DNA of 52,487 bases from Eubacteriales bacterium (GCA_045587025.1 JAZNBK010000044.1:1-52487); one strand, 5' to 3'; counted from the first letter of the stretch, positions 1-11,099 are shown. The notes: a model not told the origin generated them from the letters alone. Numbers and translations are program-made.

Positions 1-2463
1 AAAATCACGTACGTAACTTCGAACAACCACACGGAACGTTACGACGCCCCCGAAGAACAAGTCCGCGCAGAATTTTGGGCGGAGCTTATTTATAAGTACG
101 AGTATCCCGCAAGCCGAATAAAAATAGAAGTGGCAGTTCCAAACAGAACGCCGACCGACAGGGCAGATATAGTTGTTTTTAGAGACGACGAATGCAAGCG
201 TCCGTATGCTGTGGTCGAATGTAAAAAAGACGGAGTAACCGATGCTGAATTTACCCAAGCAATAGAACAAGGAGTAGGAAACGCTACTTGGATAAAGCTT
301 CGTGCCGACTACGTTGTAATCATTGCTGGTGGAACACGTCGCGTGCTTGATGTGAGCGACAAATTCGGAATTTTGGAGCGAGAACAAAATATCCTTGCAG
401 ACTTGCCGCGTACATATGGAAAGCCACAGGAGTTCCGTTTTTATAAGGGAACGGAAAATGATATTAAGCCCGTTTCTCGTGAGGAATTGATAGCGGCTAT
501 CAAGAAATGCCATCAGACGCTTTGGGGCGGTGGTCGTCTTTCTCCGCCTACTGCTTTTGGAGAGCTTTGTAAGCTTATATTTGTAAAAATCAGCGACGAG
601 CAAAAAGCTCGTAAGAAAGGCGAACCCTATCAGTTCCAGATAAAGACGAGCGAGCCGTCGTCAAAGCTGGCAGAGCGTATAAATAATCTGTATAACGAAC
701 AGAAAGTAAAAGACCCCGAAGTATTTACCGAATCTATCAAGGTAGATGACCGTGTGCTTCGCACCGTCGTTTCTCACTTGGAATCAATCAACTTGAACAA
801 AACCGACCTTGACGTTAAGGGCGTTGCCTTCGAGCAGTTTATGGACGGATTTTTCAAGGGTGATTTCGGTCAGTATTTTACTCCCCGTCCTATTATAGAA
901 TTTTGCGTAAAAATGATGAAGCCCGAACAGGATTGGGACGTTCTTGATCCTTCTTGTGGATCGGGTGGATTCCTTCTGCATGCTCTTGACTATATGCGTA
1001 ATCAAGCAGGAGATTATTACGAAAAAGGTACAGAAGACTATTATAAATACTGGCACGACTTTGCCGAAAAGCACCTTTTCGGTATTGAAATCAACGACGA
1101 AATTGCCCGCGTAGCGAAAATGAATATGATAGTACACGATGACGGACATACTAACGTCATCAGCCACGACGCGCTCGAAAGCATTGACAAAATGCACAGT
1201 CACAATAAAGGTTTTGCGGAAAATCGCTTTGATCTAATACTTACAAATCCGCCTTTTGGCTCTACTATCAACCTTTCTGAAAAGCCCTATTTGTCTACCT
1301 TTCAGCTCGGTAATACCGTAGATGCCAAGGGTAATAAAAAGCCTCGTAAAAATCAAAGCTCCGAGGTTCTTTTTGTTGAGCGTATATGGCAATTCTTAAA
1401 GTTTGGAACAGGCAAAGCGGCTATCGTATTGCCCGACGGTATTCTGACAAACAGCTCAATGCAATACGTCCGCGATTTTATCCTTGAAAAATTCCAGCTT
1501 CTCGCGGTTGTAAGTCTGCCTCAATGCGCCTTTGCTCATTTTGGAGCAACGGTTAAATCATCTATAATATTTGTTAGAAAAAGAAAATTAAATGAACTTC
1601 CGAATGACAATGAACACATCTTTTTGGCTTCTCCCGAACAAATTGGTTATGACGCAACTGGAAAGAAAACTGTTTCACAATTAGATGAAGTTGTAGTCGA
1701 ATGGGAAAAATTTCAAAATAATATTTCCACAATGGCTTCCAAAACAAGAGCTAACACATTTTACGAATATTGTCCAACTCTATGCAGTATAAATACGCGT
1801 GCTAATTTGCGCGAAATGGGTATATATTGTAATCCGCACAGCGATTATTTGAATAGGGTATTTTTGCATTTGCGCGAAAACGAATATTATGCGGGCAATT
1901 TAGAGGACTTTGTGGAAATCAATCCTACGACAAGTCGCGTTGGCATACAGGACGATACGCCTGTCACATTCGTGCCTATGCCTGCGGTGGAAGAAAAAAC
2001 GAACGTTGTTTCTTATGAATTAAAACCGTACAAAGAAGTAAAAACGGGCTTTACGGTTTTTCAAAAGAACGATTTGCTTTGGGCGAAAATTACGCCTTGT
2101 ATGCAAAACGGAAAATCGTTTATTGCCGCCGATATGCCGACGGAAATCGGATTTGGCTCAACGGAGTTCCACATTTTAAGAAAGAAAGACGAGCGTATCT
2201 ATATGCCGTATTTGTGGGTTCTTTTATCTGATTCGCATATTTTGGAAGCAGCACAAGGAATGTTCAGCGGTTCGGCAGGACAGCAACGCGTTCCTGATAC
2301 CTTTTTAAAAAAGTTTCCTATCGTACTCCCGCCCGTTGAAATTCAAAAGGAATTAGCCGACAACGTTTTCAACGCTTTGAAACAAGCAGATAGAATGCGT
2401 AAAGAGGCGGGAAATATTGTTTTTACGGCAAAAGAACAATTTGAGAAAAAATTATTGCAATAA
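1..2463 (+). CDS. Fused restriction-modification protein (HsdR-N-like nuclease + N6-adenine methyltransferase + one HsdS-type target recognition domain); 5' end outside window
   Basis: Frame is open from base 1 (..PEEQVRAEFW..RADIVVF..VVECK, PD-(D/E)xK-like); MTase motifs GQYFTPR, DPSCGSGGF, NPPF; C-terminal AKITPCMQNGK..GSTEF..GSAGQQRVP typical of HsdS TRDs. Confidence 0.85.
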   Translation, partial: KITYVTSNNHTERYDAPEEQVRAEFWAELIYKYEYPASRIKIEVAVPNRTPTDRADIVVFRDDECKRPYAVVECKKDGVTDAEFTQAIEQGVGNATWIKLRADYVVIIAGGTRRVLDVSDKFGILEREQNILADLPRTYGKPQEFRFYKGTENDIKPVSREELIAAIKKCHQTLWGGGRLSPPTAFGELCKLIFVKISDEQKARKKGEPYQFQIKTSEPSSKLAERINNLYNEQKVKDPEVFTESIKVDDRVLRTVVSHLESINLNKTDLDVKGVAFEQFMDGFFKGDFGQYFTPRPIIEFCVKMMKPEQDWDVLDPSCGSGGFLLHALDYMRNQAGDYYEKGTEDYYKYWHDFAEKHLFGIEINDEIARVAKMNMIVHDDGHTNVISHDALESIDKMHSHNKGFAENRFDLILTNPPFGSTINLSEKPYLSTFQLGNTVDAKGNKKPRKNQSSEVLFVERIWQFLKFGTGKAAIVLPDGILTNSSMQYVRDFILEKFQLLAVVSLPQCAFAHFGATVKSSIIFVRKRKLNELPNDNEHIFLASPEQIGYDATGKKTVSQLDEVVVEWEKFQNNISTMASKTRANTFYEYCPTLCSINTRANLREMGIYCNPHSDYLNRVFLHLRENEYYAGNLEDFVEINPTTSRVGIQDDTPVTFVPMPAVEEKTNVVSYELKPYKEVKTGFTVFQKNDLLWAKITPCMQNGKSFIAADMPTEIGFGSTEFHILRKKDERIYMPYLWVLLSDSHILEAAQGMFSGSAGQQRVPDTFLKKFPIVLPPVEIQKELADNVFNALKQADRMRKEAGNIVFTAKEQFEKKLLQ

Positions 2464-2465
2464 GG

Positions 2466-2496
2466 AAAACGAGAAGTCGATTGACTTCTCGTTTTT
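2466..2496. terminator. Bidirectional intrinsic terminator
   Basis: aaaacgagaagtc-gatt-gacttctcgtttt perfect 13-bp stem between convergent genes. Confidence 0.8.
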
Positions 2497-2541
2497 GCAT
2501 TTTCTCCGTTAAGCATATCGCGCTTAACGCACCCTGGTTTT

Positions 2542-3693
2542 TTAATTAGAATGAATAACAACAGAGTTTTTAAGAGAAATTTTTACGAGACCTATATACG
2601 TTTTACCTCTGTTTATAACGAGGGGATTTCCGTTTTTATCTGTGAATTTCAAATTTGAATTTGAATCTCTGTGCCATATGATGTCCATATATTTTCCTTC
2701 GGAAATATAAAAGCCGGTACCGCCGCTCGTCACGTCCATGCTGATTTCCGTGCCGGTCGCCTTATCATACGTAATTGAATCACAGAAAAGAATGATAATA
2801 TTCTTGTAGGAAAGCGTTTTTCCGTTTAATGCATCAGAGTGGAGCGAGCCGAACTGATATCTGTCATACCCTTCGCTTGACGCGTTATATTTGAATTCAG
2901 TCGTCTGAATGGAAGAAAAGGGAATTTTTATATACGTTGAATCATTCCCCGAAAGGACCGCCTTTGAAAAATATTCAGGAAATTCAAAGGGAAGCGTTTT
3001 TTTCGAGTTGACAGGACTTAGTCCAAGAGAAACAAGTCCACGGAAAAGCTTTTCTCCGTTGGTCATAATATGATGCGGAGAGTTCCTTGATGAGTCGGAA
3101 TAGTATACGTTTGACATATTTTGAATTATGTAATCCATTGTGTCATAGTTACTGAAAGAAGTCGATTTACCTAAATCGGTAGTGCCTGCGTATGCCTGCA
3201 CGGCGCCAAATTCATTTGCAATATCGGCAAGATAGCTTCTCGTAGAGCGCACGGAGCCAATTACCAAATCGCTTGAATAATTGCACGAAATCATCATTAG
3301 CCGAGTTATCCCCGCTTCTACGGGAGCTTCAACGAGTATATCGGCGTAGCTTAATCCGAATTGCGGAAGAGAAGAAGCAGTATTGCCTACGCAGACAGAC
3401 ACAGGTCTGGCGTTTGCGACGTCTCTAGTTGCTTCCAAACCGGTCAATGGGTTTAAAAATTCCGGTGGCTTTGGCGGTTCTGTAACGGGAATTGTAGTAA
3501 CCGGCGCTACCGTAGTTTGCGGAGCGTTGGTCGTTACGTTTGTATCTGATGGGACGCCGTTTCCGTTATTTTTTTCTTTAAAGGTTAATTCGTTTAATTC
3601 ACATCCTATGCATGACGCCGAAATTATGAAAAGCGCCGTTAGAAAAACAGCTATCATAAATCCGGTCCTCATGCATTTCTTTTCTCTTTTCAT
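2542..3693 (-). CDS. DUF3048/YerB-like exported lipoprotein
   Basis: Signal peptide, T/P-rich linker, NPLTGL..RP...PQFGLSYAD...EAPVEAGITR..GSVRSTR pattern. Confidence 0.75.
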   Translation of the reverse strand: MKREKKCMRTGFMIAVFLTALFIISASCIGCELNELTFKEKNNGNGVPSDTNVTTNAPQTTVAPVTTIPVTEPPKPPEFLNPLTGLEATRDVANARPVSVCVGNTASSLPQFGLSYADILVEAPVEAGITRLMMISCNYSSDLVIGSVRSTRSYLADIANEFGAVQAYAGTTDLGKSTSFSNYDTMDYIIQNMSNVYYSDSSRNSPHHIMTNGEKLFRGLVSLGLSPVNSKKTLPFEFPEYFSKAVLSGNDSTYIKIPFSSIQTTEFKYNASSEGYDRYQFGSLHSDALNGKTLSYKNIIILFCDSITYDKATGTEISMDVTSGGTGFYISEGKYMDIIWHRDSNSNLKFTDKNGNPLVINRGKTYIGLVKISLKNSVVIHSN

Positions 3694-3746
3694 TTTTGTT
3701 TACCTCCTTGGCGTAACGCCACATAAATGAAAATTTTATTAAATTA

Positions 3747-4037
3747 TCAAGCTCGGTTTGCTCTTTCAAGCCATGCGGTTCCAAGTTCAAAAGCTTCGCT
3801 CAGACTGTTCACCATTTTTTGTTTTTCAACCGTTTGGTTTCCTGATGTGGGGATGATTTGTACCAATACCTTGTCCGGTACCTGAATTTTGAATTTTTCT
3901 ATCTCTCTGTAGCCCATTATCATCATAAAAAGATAGAATTTTTCGGACATATCCCCGTAATAAAGCTCGTTTTCCAAGCGTACTAAGGGTTGTCCCTTGT
4001 ATTCAAGGTATTTTCCTTGAATTCCTTTTGCGTTCAT
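3747..4037 (-). CDS. Hypothetical protein
   Basis: 96-aa ORF with aaggag RBS and upstream TTGACA (4115-4120) promoter on minus strand. Confidence 0.7.
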   Translation of the reverse strand: MNAKGIQGKYLEYKGQPLVRLENELYYGDMSEKFYLFMMIMGYREIEKFKIQVPDKVLVQIIPTSGNQTVEKQKMVNSLSEAFELGTAWLERANRA

Positions 4038-4164
4038 AGAATACTCCTTTCAACTTTTCTAAAAAATGACTGCTTGTCTTTTTTCACTGTTATAATACCA
4101 AAATTGGTAAATATTGTCAATTCATTCGACAATAATAGACCAAAAAAGATATCGTGAAAATTCG

Positions 4165-5388
4165 CTATTTTTTGCAAAAGGGCGTAGCTCTTAAAAATTC
4201 ATCACCCGAAGATATAATTGGCTTAGCCAGCGAATAGATTCTATCCGCGCGATTAGACGTTTCTGCTTGTGCTTGTGCCTCGGCGGAAAGGGAGGTAAAA
4301 TCGGCTGGCTTTGTCAAAATTTCAATTCGGGAATGACTTTTCATTTCCTTGAGCTTTCTTCTTCCTTTGCCATCCATAGCAAGAACCTGCGTATAATTCG
4401 GTAAATTTTTTACGTCAGAGGAGGTAATTCCGAAATAAAAATTTAAAATTGCGCGCCGTATTCTTGCATTGGTGTAGCGTTTAGTCAGAGCAAGCGTAAT
4501 TAATTGATTTATATCCGCCGCCTGTAGCGAAGAATTATACAGGCGATGGGCGAGTCCGCCGTCACAGTCGAACGGAACATTCTCCTTCGACGGAGGATTC
4601 ATTCTTAAAAATGCTAAAATAGCATTAGAAAGACGGGAGTTATTAACAGGCAGAGCGCCGTTTGCAAGAGCTTCAGCGCAAATCTCTCTCGAAAATTCGG
4701 GAAGAAGCAAAAGCGCCTTTTCGTGTCTGCCATCAAGGAAAAGCTCTCTTATTGCCGAGGAAGAAGCGAATTCGTTTTCGGTCTGGAGCGCTTGATCGTG
4801 GCGCGAGCCGACACGCTTGACTGTGTGAAGCTTGGCTGAGTAGTTTTCCCTTATAAGAGATTTTATATATTCTAATCCGAGAATATTATTGGGGTTTCTT
4901 AAAAGCTTTTGACCTTCAACGTCATTATAGAGCTTTTTGTATATGCTTTCGTATAATTTAGGATGCCCGAGCGCCTGTTCGCTTTTTTTATTGGCGCAAA
5001 TAATAAATTCCTCGTTAAATTCATCTGAAAGCAGTCGGTGGGCAACCGTTTTCATCAGCTCCTTGTCTTCGTTTTCACAACCGAAGGATAGGGCGTCGGG
5101 CATTACGGCTTGACAGATAATATGAATGGCAGAGGAGGCAAAGATTTCCGCGCTTTGCATAGAAAAAGGAAAGGGAAGCTCGAGTACGAGAGAAACGCCC
5201 TCCATAACCGCAATTTTTGCGCGGGTAAATTTATCGAGAATGGCTAATTCTCCGCGCTGCGCGTAATTGCCGCTCATAACTGAAACGATACAGGTATCGT
5301 CGCCGAAATCTTTTTTTATTTGCTCGAGCTGATATTTATGACCACGGTGAAAGGGGTTATATTCGCAAACTATCGCGACGGTCTTCAA
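4165..5388 (-). CDS. tmcAL: HIGH-family nucleotidyltransferase, tRNA(Met) cytidine acetate ligase (YlbM/TmcAL)
   Basis: CEYNPFHRGH, MSGNYAQRGE, PNNILGLEY, SSSAIR, KRYT..RIRR motifs; divergent from ackA. Confidence 0.85.
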   Translation of the reverse strand: MKTVAIVCEYNPFHRGHKYQLEQIKKDFGDDTCIVSVMSGNYAQRGELAILDKFTRAKIAVMEGVSLVLELPFPFSMQSAEIFASSAIHIICQAVMPDALSFGCENEDKELMKTVAHRLLSDEFNEEFIICANKKSEQALGHPKLYESIYKKLYNDVEGQKLLRNPNNILGLEYIKSLIRENYSAKLHTVKRVGSRHDQALQTENEFASSSAIRELFLDGRHEKALLLLPEFSREICAEALANGALPVNNSRLSNAILAFLRMNPPSKENVPFDCDGGLAHRLYNSSLQAADINQLITLALTKRYTNARIRRAILNFYFGITSSDVKNLPNYTQVLAMDGKGRRKLKEMKSHSRIEILTKPADFTSLSAEAQAQAETSNRADRIYSLAKPIISSGDEFLRATPFCKK

Positions 5389-5493
5389 AAAATATCAGCT
5401 CCTTCAAAATAAAATCGGTAAACTCTTGTAATTTGGAATAAAATGTTATATAATGGTAGGGTAATAAAAATTAAAATTAACGGAGGAATAAAA

Positions 5494-6699
5494 ATGAACG
5501 TTTTGGTTGTAAATGCCGGAAGTAGCTCGTTGAAGTATCAATTGTTTGATACCGAAAAAAACGAGGTAAAGGCGAAAGGACTCTGCGAACGTATAGGAAT
5601 TGACGGAAAAATAATTCACAAGGTGCCCGGAAAGGAAGATTACGTAGCGGAAATAGAAATGAAAAATCATGCGCAGGCGACGCGTATCCTCGTAAATACC
5701 CTTACCGACAAAAGCGTTGGGTGTATCTCTGACATGAAGGAGATTGAGGCAGTTGGACACAGAGGTGTGCATGGTGCCCAATATTTCAAAGAGTCCGTGC
5801 TTTTAACTAAGGAAGTATTGGAAAAGATAGAGCTGTGCAAAGAGTTGGCTCCTCTCCATACACCTCCTATAATTATGGGAATAGAGGGCTGTTTTGAAGC
5901 AATGCCCGGAGTTCCGCAGGCGATTGTATTTGACACAGCGTTTCATCAGACAATGCCCGAAAAGGCGTATTTCTATCCAATTCCATACGAGTACTATGAA
6001 AAATACGGAGTTCGTAAATACGGCTTCCACGGTACTTCTCACAGATACGTTTCGGGAGAAATGATAAAGCTCCTCGATAAGCCGGCAGAGGAAACGAAAA
6101 TAGTAACCTGCCATCTCGGTAACGGTTCTTCGATTTCTGCTGTTAAGGGTGGACAGGTTGTTGATACAACGATGGGCTTTACACCTCTTGACGGCGTTAT
6201 AATGGGAACACGCTCGGGAAATATAGACCCTGCGGTAGTTACCTTCCTTATGAACAAGGAGAACCTCACAATCGACGAGGTGAATGATATTCTTAACAAA
6301 AAGAGCGGATTTTTGGGAGTCAGCGGAATATCCTCCGACTGCCGCGATATATGCGACGCAATTGAAAAGGGAGATGAGAGAGCAAAGCTCGCCCTCGATA
6401 TACTCGGATATCAGATAAAGAAATATATAGGCGCATATTCTGCCGCAATGGGTGGACTTGACGCAATAGTATTTACCGCAGGTATAGGCGAAAATACACC
6501 TATAATCCGCGAGATGTCCTGCGAAGGACTTGAGTATCTCGGAGTAGAATTAGACAAGGAAGTAAATAATAACGTTCCGAGACCGATAGCAACGACCTGC
6601 CTCTCTAAAAAGGATTCCAAGGTGAAGGTTTACTTAATACCCACGAACGAGGAATTGGTTATTGCAAACGATACGGCAGATATCGTATCAAAGCTTTAA
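5494..6699 (+). CDS. ackA: Acetate kinase
   Basis: NAGSSSLK, FDTAFH, YGFHGTSH, CHLGNGSS, FTAGIGEN, IPTNEE; ggagg RBS before ATG 5494. Confidence 0.97.
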   Translation: MNVLVVNAGSSSLKYQLFDTEKNEVKAKGLCERIGIDGKIIHKVPGKEDYVAEIEMKNHAQATRILVNTLTDKSVGCISDMKEIEAVGHRGVHGAQYFKESVLLTKEVLEKIELCKELAPLHTPPIIMGIEGCFEAMPGVPQAIVFDTAFHQTMPEKAYFYPIPYEYYEKYGVRKYGFHGTSHRYVSGEMIKLLDKPAEETKIVTCHLGNGSSISAVKGGQVVDTTMGFTPLDGVIMGTRSGNIDPAVVTFLMNKENLTIDEVNDILNKKSGFLGVSGISSDCRDICDAIEKGDERAKLALDILGYQIKKYIGAYSAAMGGLDAIVFTAGIGENTPIIREMSCEGLEYLGVELDKEVNNNVPRPIATTCLSKKDSKVKVYLIPTNEELVIANDTADIVSKL

Positions 6700-6705
6700 T
6701 TCATT

Positions 6706-6735
6706 AAAAGAGTGTTTTCATAAACACTCTTTTTT
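6706..6735 (+). terminator. Intrinsic terminator after ackA
   Basis: aaaagagtgttt-tcat-aaacactctttt followed by T-run. Confidence 0.75.
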
Positions 6736-6827
6736 GTTTATAGAATAATTGTAACACATTTTGGCGTCAATGTCAATAAAAGCAAATATAAAGCGTGGTA
6801 ATTTTTGCAAATTTTTTGCTCCGCCAA

Positions 6828-6856
6828 TTGACATAAATTTTATGATGTAGTATAAT
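6828..6856 (+). promoter_or_regulatory. Sigma-A promoter for coaE operon
   Basis: TTGACA-17 bp-TATAAT perfect consensus. Confidence 0.8.
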
Positions 6857-6912
6857 ATATTAGATAAGATGTTAGTTTTTGCGATAAGACGGTTTTCAAA
6901 AGGAGGTAAAAT

Positions 6913-7509
6913 ATGAAGGTAATAGGGCTTTGCGGCGGCAGCGGAAGCGGAAAAACTTCTGCTACGAAAAGCTTTATAAACAGGGGCATTCCTTCTTTGA
7001 ATACAGACGAGCTGTATCATTCTATGATAGCGCAAAACAGCGATTGCGCGCGCGAGCTGGCTGACGCCTTTGGCGAGCGTATACGTAATTCCTCGGGCGG
7101 TATAGACAGAAAAGCATTAGCAGATATCGTTTTTAGAGAAGATAAGAAAAACTTGAAAATTTTAGATAAAATTGCGCATAAGCACGTGGTAAATGAATGT
7201 AAGAAGTGGATTTTAAAAAAGGAAAAAGAAGGCGCAAGAGCCGTTCTGATAGACGCTCCGCTTTTGTTCGAGTCGGGATTTGATAAAGAATGTGACGTTA
7301 TCGTAGCCGTCATAGCAGGCGAAGAGGAAAGAATAAAAAGAATAATAGACAGGGATAGCTTAACCGAAGAAGAAGCAAAGAAAAGAATTGAAAATCAGAT
7401 AGACGATAAGCTCTTGGCAGAGAGGGTAAATTACGTAATTGAAAACGATTCATCCGAGCAGGCGCTCGATTTACAGGTGGAAAAAATTTGCCGATTGATT
7501 TTGAGATGA
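6913..7509 (+). CDS. coaE: Dephospho-CoA kinase
   Basis: IGLCGGSGSGKT P-loop, IDRKALADIVF, DAPLLFE, RIENQ. Confidence 0.93.
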   Translation: MKVIGLCGGSGSGKTSATKSFINRGIPSLNTDELYHSMIAQNSDCARELADAFGERIRNSSGGIDRKALADIVFREDKKNLKILDKIAHKHVVNECKKWILKKEKEGARAVLIDAPLLFESGFDKECDVIVAVIAGEEERIKRIIDRDSLTEEEAKKRIENQIDDKLLAERVNYVIENDSSEQALDLQVEKICRLILR

Positions 7510-7544
7510 GGGCATATAATAAATAATATTGAGAGGGAAATATA

Positions 7545-8945
7545 ATGAGTGAACTTACAAACGGACAAAAATTGAATGAAGAATTGACCTTTATAAAGAA
7601 AAGCGTATACGAGCAATGCACAAAAGAGAAGCTCGCAAAAATTATGGATTATGCAGAGGGCTATAAGAAATATATAGATGATGCAAAAACCGAGCGTGAA
7701 GCTGTAAAAGTGTCTATTGAAATGGCTAAGGCGAATGGATATAAAGAATATCATTTAGGCGATAAGCTTGAAAAAGGTGATAAGAGATATTTCAACAACC
7801 GCGATAAGAGCTTGTATCTTTTTAAGGTGGGCTCTAACTCTATCGAGGACGAGGGAATACGTATCGTTGCCGCTCATATAGATTCTCCGAGAATTGATTT
7901 GAAGCAGGTTCCGCTTTATGAAGAGGCGGGAATGAGCTTTTTTAAAACTCATTACTACGGCGGTATTAAAAAATATCAGTGGACTGCTATTCCGCTTTCG
8001 CTCCACGGCGTCGTTGTATGCGAGGACGGAAAAAGAATTGAAATTTGCATAGGTGAGGATGAAAACGATCCCGTTTTCTATATAAACGATCTCTTGCCGC
8101 ATTTAGGCGCAGATCAAGCTGCAAAGCCTCTCGGAAAAGCTATCGACGGTGAGGCGTTGAATATTTTAATAGGCGGCTTGCCTTATCCTGACGATAAGGT
8201 CGATAATAAGATAAAGCTTAACGTATTGAAGATCCTTAATGAAAAATATGGTATAAAGGAAGAGGATTTTATAAGCGCCGAGCTTGCTGCCGTTCCTGCC
8301 TTCAAATCGAAGGATATCGGCTTTGACAGAGCCCTTATAGGCGCATACGGACACGACGACAGAGTTTGCGCTTACCCTGCGCTTACCGCTCTTTTTGATT
8401 GTAATAGCGATGAAAGGACTGCTCTCGTTATATTAGCAGACAAGGAGGAAATAGGAAGCGAGGGTAATACCGGTATGCAGAGCTTTCTTCTGCTCGATAT
8501 TATTTCCGAGATTTCAGGGGCGCTTGGCGCAAATCCCGTCAAGGTTCGCGCAAATTCGAAGTGCTTATCCGCTGACGTAAACGCAGCGTTTGATCCTAAT
8601 TTCCCCGAGGTTTACGAGCGCAGAAACAGCGCAATGCTTTCTTGCGGTACGGCTATGTCTAAATTTACGGGCGCAAGAGGAAAGTCGGGCACGAACGACG
8701 CTTCTGCTGAATACGTGGGCTTTATTCGCAAATTGTTTGCGGAAAACGGCGTCGTCTGGCAAACAGCCGAGCTTGGCAAGGTTGATATCGGCGGCGGCGG
8801 AACTGTCGCTATGTATATTTCAAAATTGAATATTGATACGGTAGATTTGGGCGTTCCCGTCATTTCTATGCACTCGCCGTACGAGGTTATTTCCAAGGCA
8901 GATTTATATACGACGTACGAAGCGTTTTCTGCGTTTTGCAAATAA
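7545..8945 (+). CDS. M18 family aminopeptidase
   Basis: AHIDSPRIDLK, HYYGGIKKYQW, GHDDRVC, DKEEIGS, SMHSPYE. Confidence 0.92.
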   Translation: MSELTNGQKLNEELTFIKKSVYEQCTKEKLAKIMDYAEGYKKYIDDAKTEREAVKVSIEMAKANGYKEYHLGDKLEKGDKRYFNNRDKSLYLFKVGSNSIEDEGIRIVAAHIDSPRIDLKQVPLYEEAGMSFFKTHYYGGIKKYQWTAIPLSLHGVVVCEDGKRIEICIGEDENDPVFYINDLLPHLGADQAAKPLGKAIDGEALNILIGGLPYPDDKVDNKIKLNVLKILNEKYGIKEEDFISAELAAVPAFKSKDIGFDRALIGAYGHDDRVCAYPALTALFDCNSDERTALVILADKEEIGSEGNTGMQSFLLLDIISEISGALGANPVKVRANSKCLSADVNAAFDPNFPEVYERRNSAMLSCGTAMSKFTGARGKSGTNDASAEYVGFIRKLFAENGVVWQTAELGKVDIGGGGTVAMYISKLNIDTVDLGVPVISMHSPYEVISKADLYTTYEAFSAFCK

Positions 8946-8963
8946 TAATTTCGGAGTTGTCAG

Positions 8964-10034
8964 ATGTTAAATAAGTTGGCAAAGACAGAGGAGCGCTTTC
9001 TCGAGATAGAGAAATGCTTGTCTGACGGAGATATCGTAAACAACCAGGACGAATATAAAAAGTTGATGAAGGAGTATAAAAATCTTACTCCTTTAATCGA
9101 AAAATACAGGGAATATAAGAAGGCAGAATACGAAATGTCAGAGGCAGGCAAGCTTATGAAGGATAGCAGCGCAGACGCTGACATAAGGGAGTTTGCCGAA
9201 GAAGAATATAAAAGCATTCGTGAACAAAGCGAGTCGCTTTTAGAGGAACTGAAGGTTTTGCTTCTTCCGAGAGATGAAAATGATGAGAAAAATGTCATTG
9301 TCGAAATACGCGGCGGCGCGGGCGGTGAAGAAGCGGCGCTTTTTGCGTACGTTCTTTACCGAATGTATAATATGTATGCCGAATCCGCGGGATATAAGGT
9401 AGAGCTTATCAGCGTAAACGAAACAGGTCTTGGCGGATTTAAGGAGGTTACCTTTCAGGTAATAGGCGACGGGGCATATTCACGCCTGAAGTTTGAGAGC
9501 GGCGTTCATAGAGTTCAAAGAGTTCCTGAAACCGAAACGCAGGGAAGAATACACACCTCGACCGTAACCGTTGCGGTTTTGCCTGAAGCAGAAGAGGTCG
9601 AGGTTGAAATAAATCCCGCTGATTTGAAGATAGAGACGATAAAGAGCAGCGGAGCCGGTGGACAGCACGTAAACAAAACCGAATCTGCTATTCGTCTGAT
9701 ACACAAGCCGAGCGGTATAGTTATAGAGTGTCAGGATGAAAGAAGCCAATACAAAAACCGCGATAAAGCAATGAAGCTCCTGCGTACCAAGCTCTATGAT
9801 ATGATGCAGTCAGAGCAAACTCAAAAAATCGCGTCAGAACGAAAAAGTCAGGTCGGTACAGGCGACAGAAGCGAGAGAATAAGGACTTATAACTATCCGC
9901 AAGGACGGGTAACGGATCATAGAATTGGATTTACCCTTTATTCTCTTGATAGCTTTTTAAATGGAAATATAGGTGAAATGATAGACGCTCTCGTTATAGC
10001 GGATACTGCCGAACGGCTGAAGGAAGGCGTGTGA
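8964..10034 (+). CDS. prfA: Peptide chain release factor 1
   Basis: GAGGQHVN (GGQ) and RVPETE (PxT, RF1-specific). Confidence 0.97.
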   Translation: MLNKLAKTEERFLEIEKCLSDGDIVNNQDEYKKLMKEYKNLTPLIEKYREYKKAEYEMSEAGKLMKDSSADADIREFAEEEYKSIREQSESLLEELKVLLLPRDENDEKNVIVEIRGGAGGEEAALFAYVLYRMYNMYAESAGYKVELISVNETGLGGFKEVTFQVIGDGAYSRLKFESGVHRVQRVPETETQGRIHTSTVTVAVLPEAEEVEVEINPADLKIETIKSSGAGGQHVNKTESAIRLIHKPSGIVIECQDERSQYKNRDKAMKLLRTKLYDMMQSEQTQKIASERKSQVGTGDRSERIRTYNYPQGRVTDHRIGFTLYSLDSFLNGNIGEMIDALVIADTAERLKEGV

Positions 10035-10035
10035 C

Positions 10036-11085
10036 ATGCAAACTGAAATTGTAAAAATAGATACGATCGAAGACGAAAAAGCACAAAACGCGCTAAAAAA
10101 AGCAGGGCAGATAATCAAAAACGGTGGACTCGTCGTTTTTCCGACCGAGACCGTGTACGGTCTTGGCGCAGACGCAACGAACGAAAGGGCGGCCGAGAGC
10201 ATTTACAGAGCGAAGGGCAGACCGTCCGATAATCCGCTTATAATACATATTCAAAATCCGGCGCAAGCAGAGAAGTACACCTATACGAACGAGCTTTATT
10301 ATAAAATTGCCGAGGCGTTTATGCCCGGCCCTATTACCGTCGTATTAAAGGTAAAGGATATAATTCCGCGTACCGTGACGGCAGGGCTTGATACGGTCGC
10401 TGTCAGATGTCCTATCCACGAGATAGCAAGAGAGCTTATTCGCGCGGCAGGAGTTCCCATTGCCGCCCCTTCGGCGAATCTTTCCGGAAGTCCGTCTCCC
10501 ACGTGCTTCAGGTATGCCTCGTCGGATATGAACGGCAGAGTTGATATGATAATTGACGGCGGAGAGTGTGAGGTCGGTCTTGAATCTACGATAGTCAAGA
10601 TTGAGGACGACGGTGCGTTGACCTTGTTGCGCCCGGGGGCAATTACGGTAGAGGACCTGAAGTCAGTTTGCGCTGACGTAAAGATTTCCTATTCGGTATT
10701 GAATGCTTTGCGGGAGGGCGAAACGGTTCTTTCACCTGGTATGAAATATAAGCACTATGCGCCAAAAACGCAGTTCTGTCTTTTAGAGGGCGATTTTAAA
10801 GCGAGATATGAATATATTTCAAAGCGTGATAAGAAAATCGCTCTGCTTTGTTATGACGAAGAAATAGCCGAATTTGAGAAAATAATTCCCGGAGAAATGC
10901 TATTTTCTATCGGCTCTGAAAACGATTTGAAAACACAGGGTAGATTACTGTTTACCTCGTTAAGAGACGCAGACGCCGTTTGCGCCGAAGAAATATACGC
11001 GGCTTTGCCCACGACAGACGGGATAGGTATGGCGCTCTATAATCGAATGATAAGGGCGTCGGGATATAAAATTATAACTTTGTAA
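10036..11085 (+). CDS. sua5: Threonylcarbamoyl-AMP synthase (Sua5 type)
   Basis: FPTETVYGLGA, KGRPSDNPLI, AAPSAN, PGMKYKHYAP. Confidence 0.95.
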   Translation: MQTEIVKIDTIEDEKAQNALKKAGQIIKNGGLVVFPTETVYGLGADATNERAAESIYRAKGRPSDNPLIIHIQNPAQAEKYTYTNELYYKIAEAFMPGPITVVLKVKDIIPRTVTAGLDTVAVRCPIHEIARELIRAAGVPIAAPSANLSGSPSPTCFRYASSDMNGRVDMIIDGGECEVGLESTIVKIEDDGALTLLRPGAITVEDLKSVCADVKISYSVLNALREGETVLSPGMKYKHYAPKTQFCLLEGDFKARYEYISKRDKKIALLCYDEEIAEFEKIIPGEMLFSIGSENDLKTQGRLLFTSLRDADAVCAEEIYAALPTTDGIGMALYNRMIRASGYKIITL

Positions 11086-11099
11086 CGTAGGAAAGAAAA

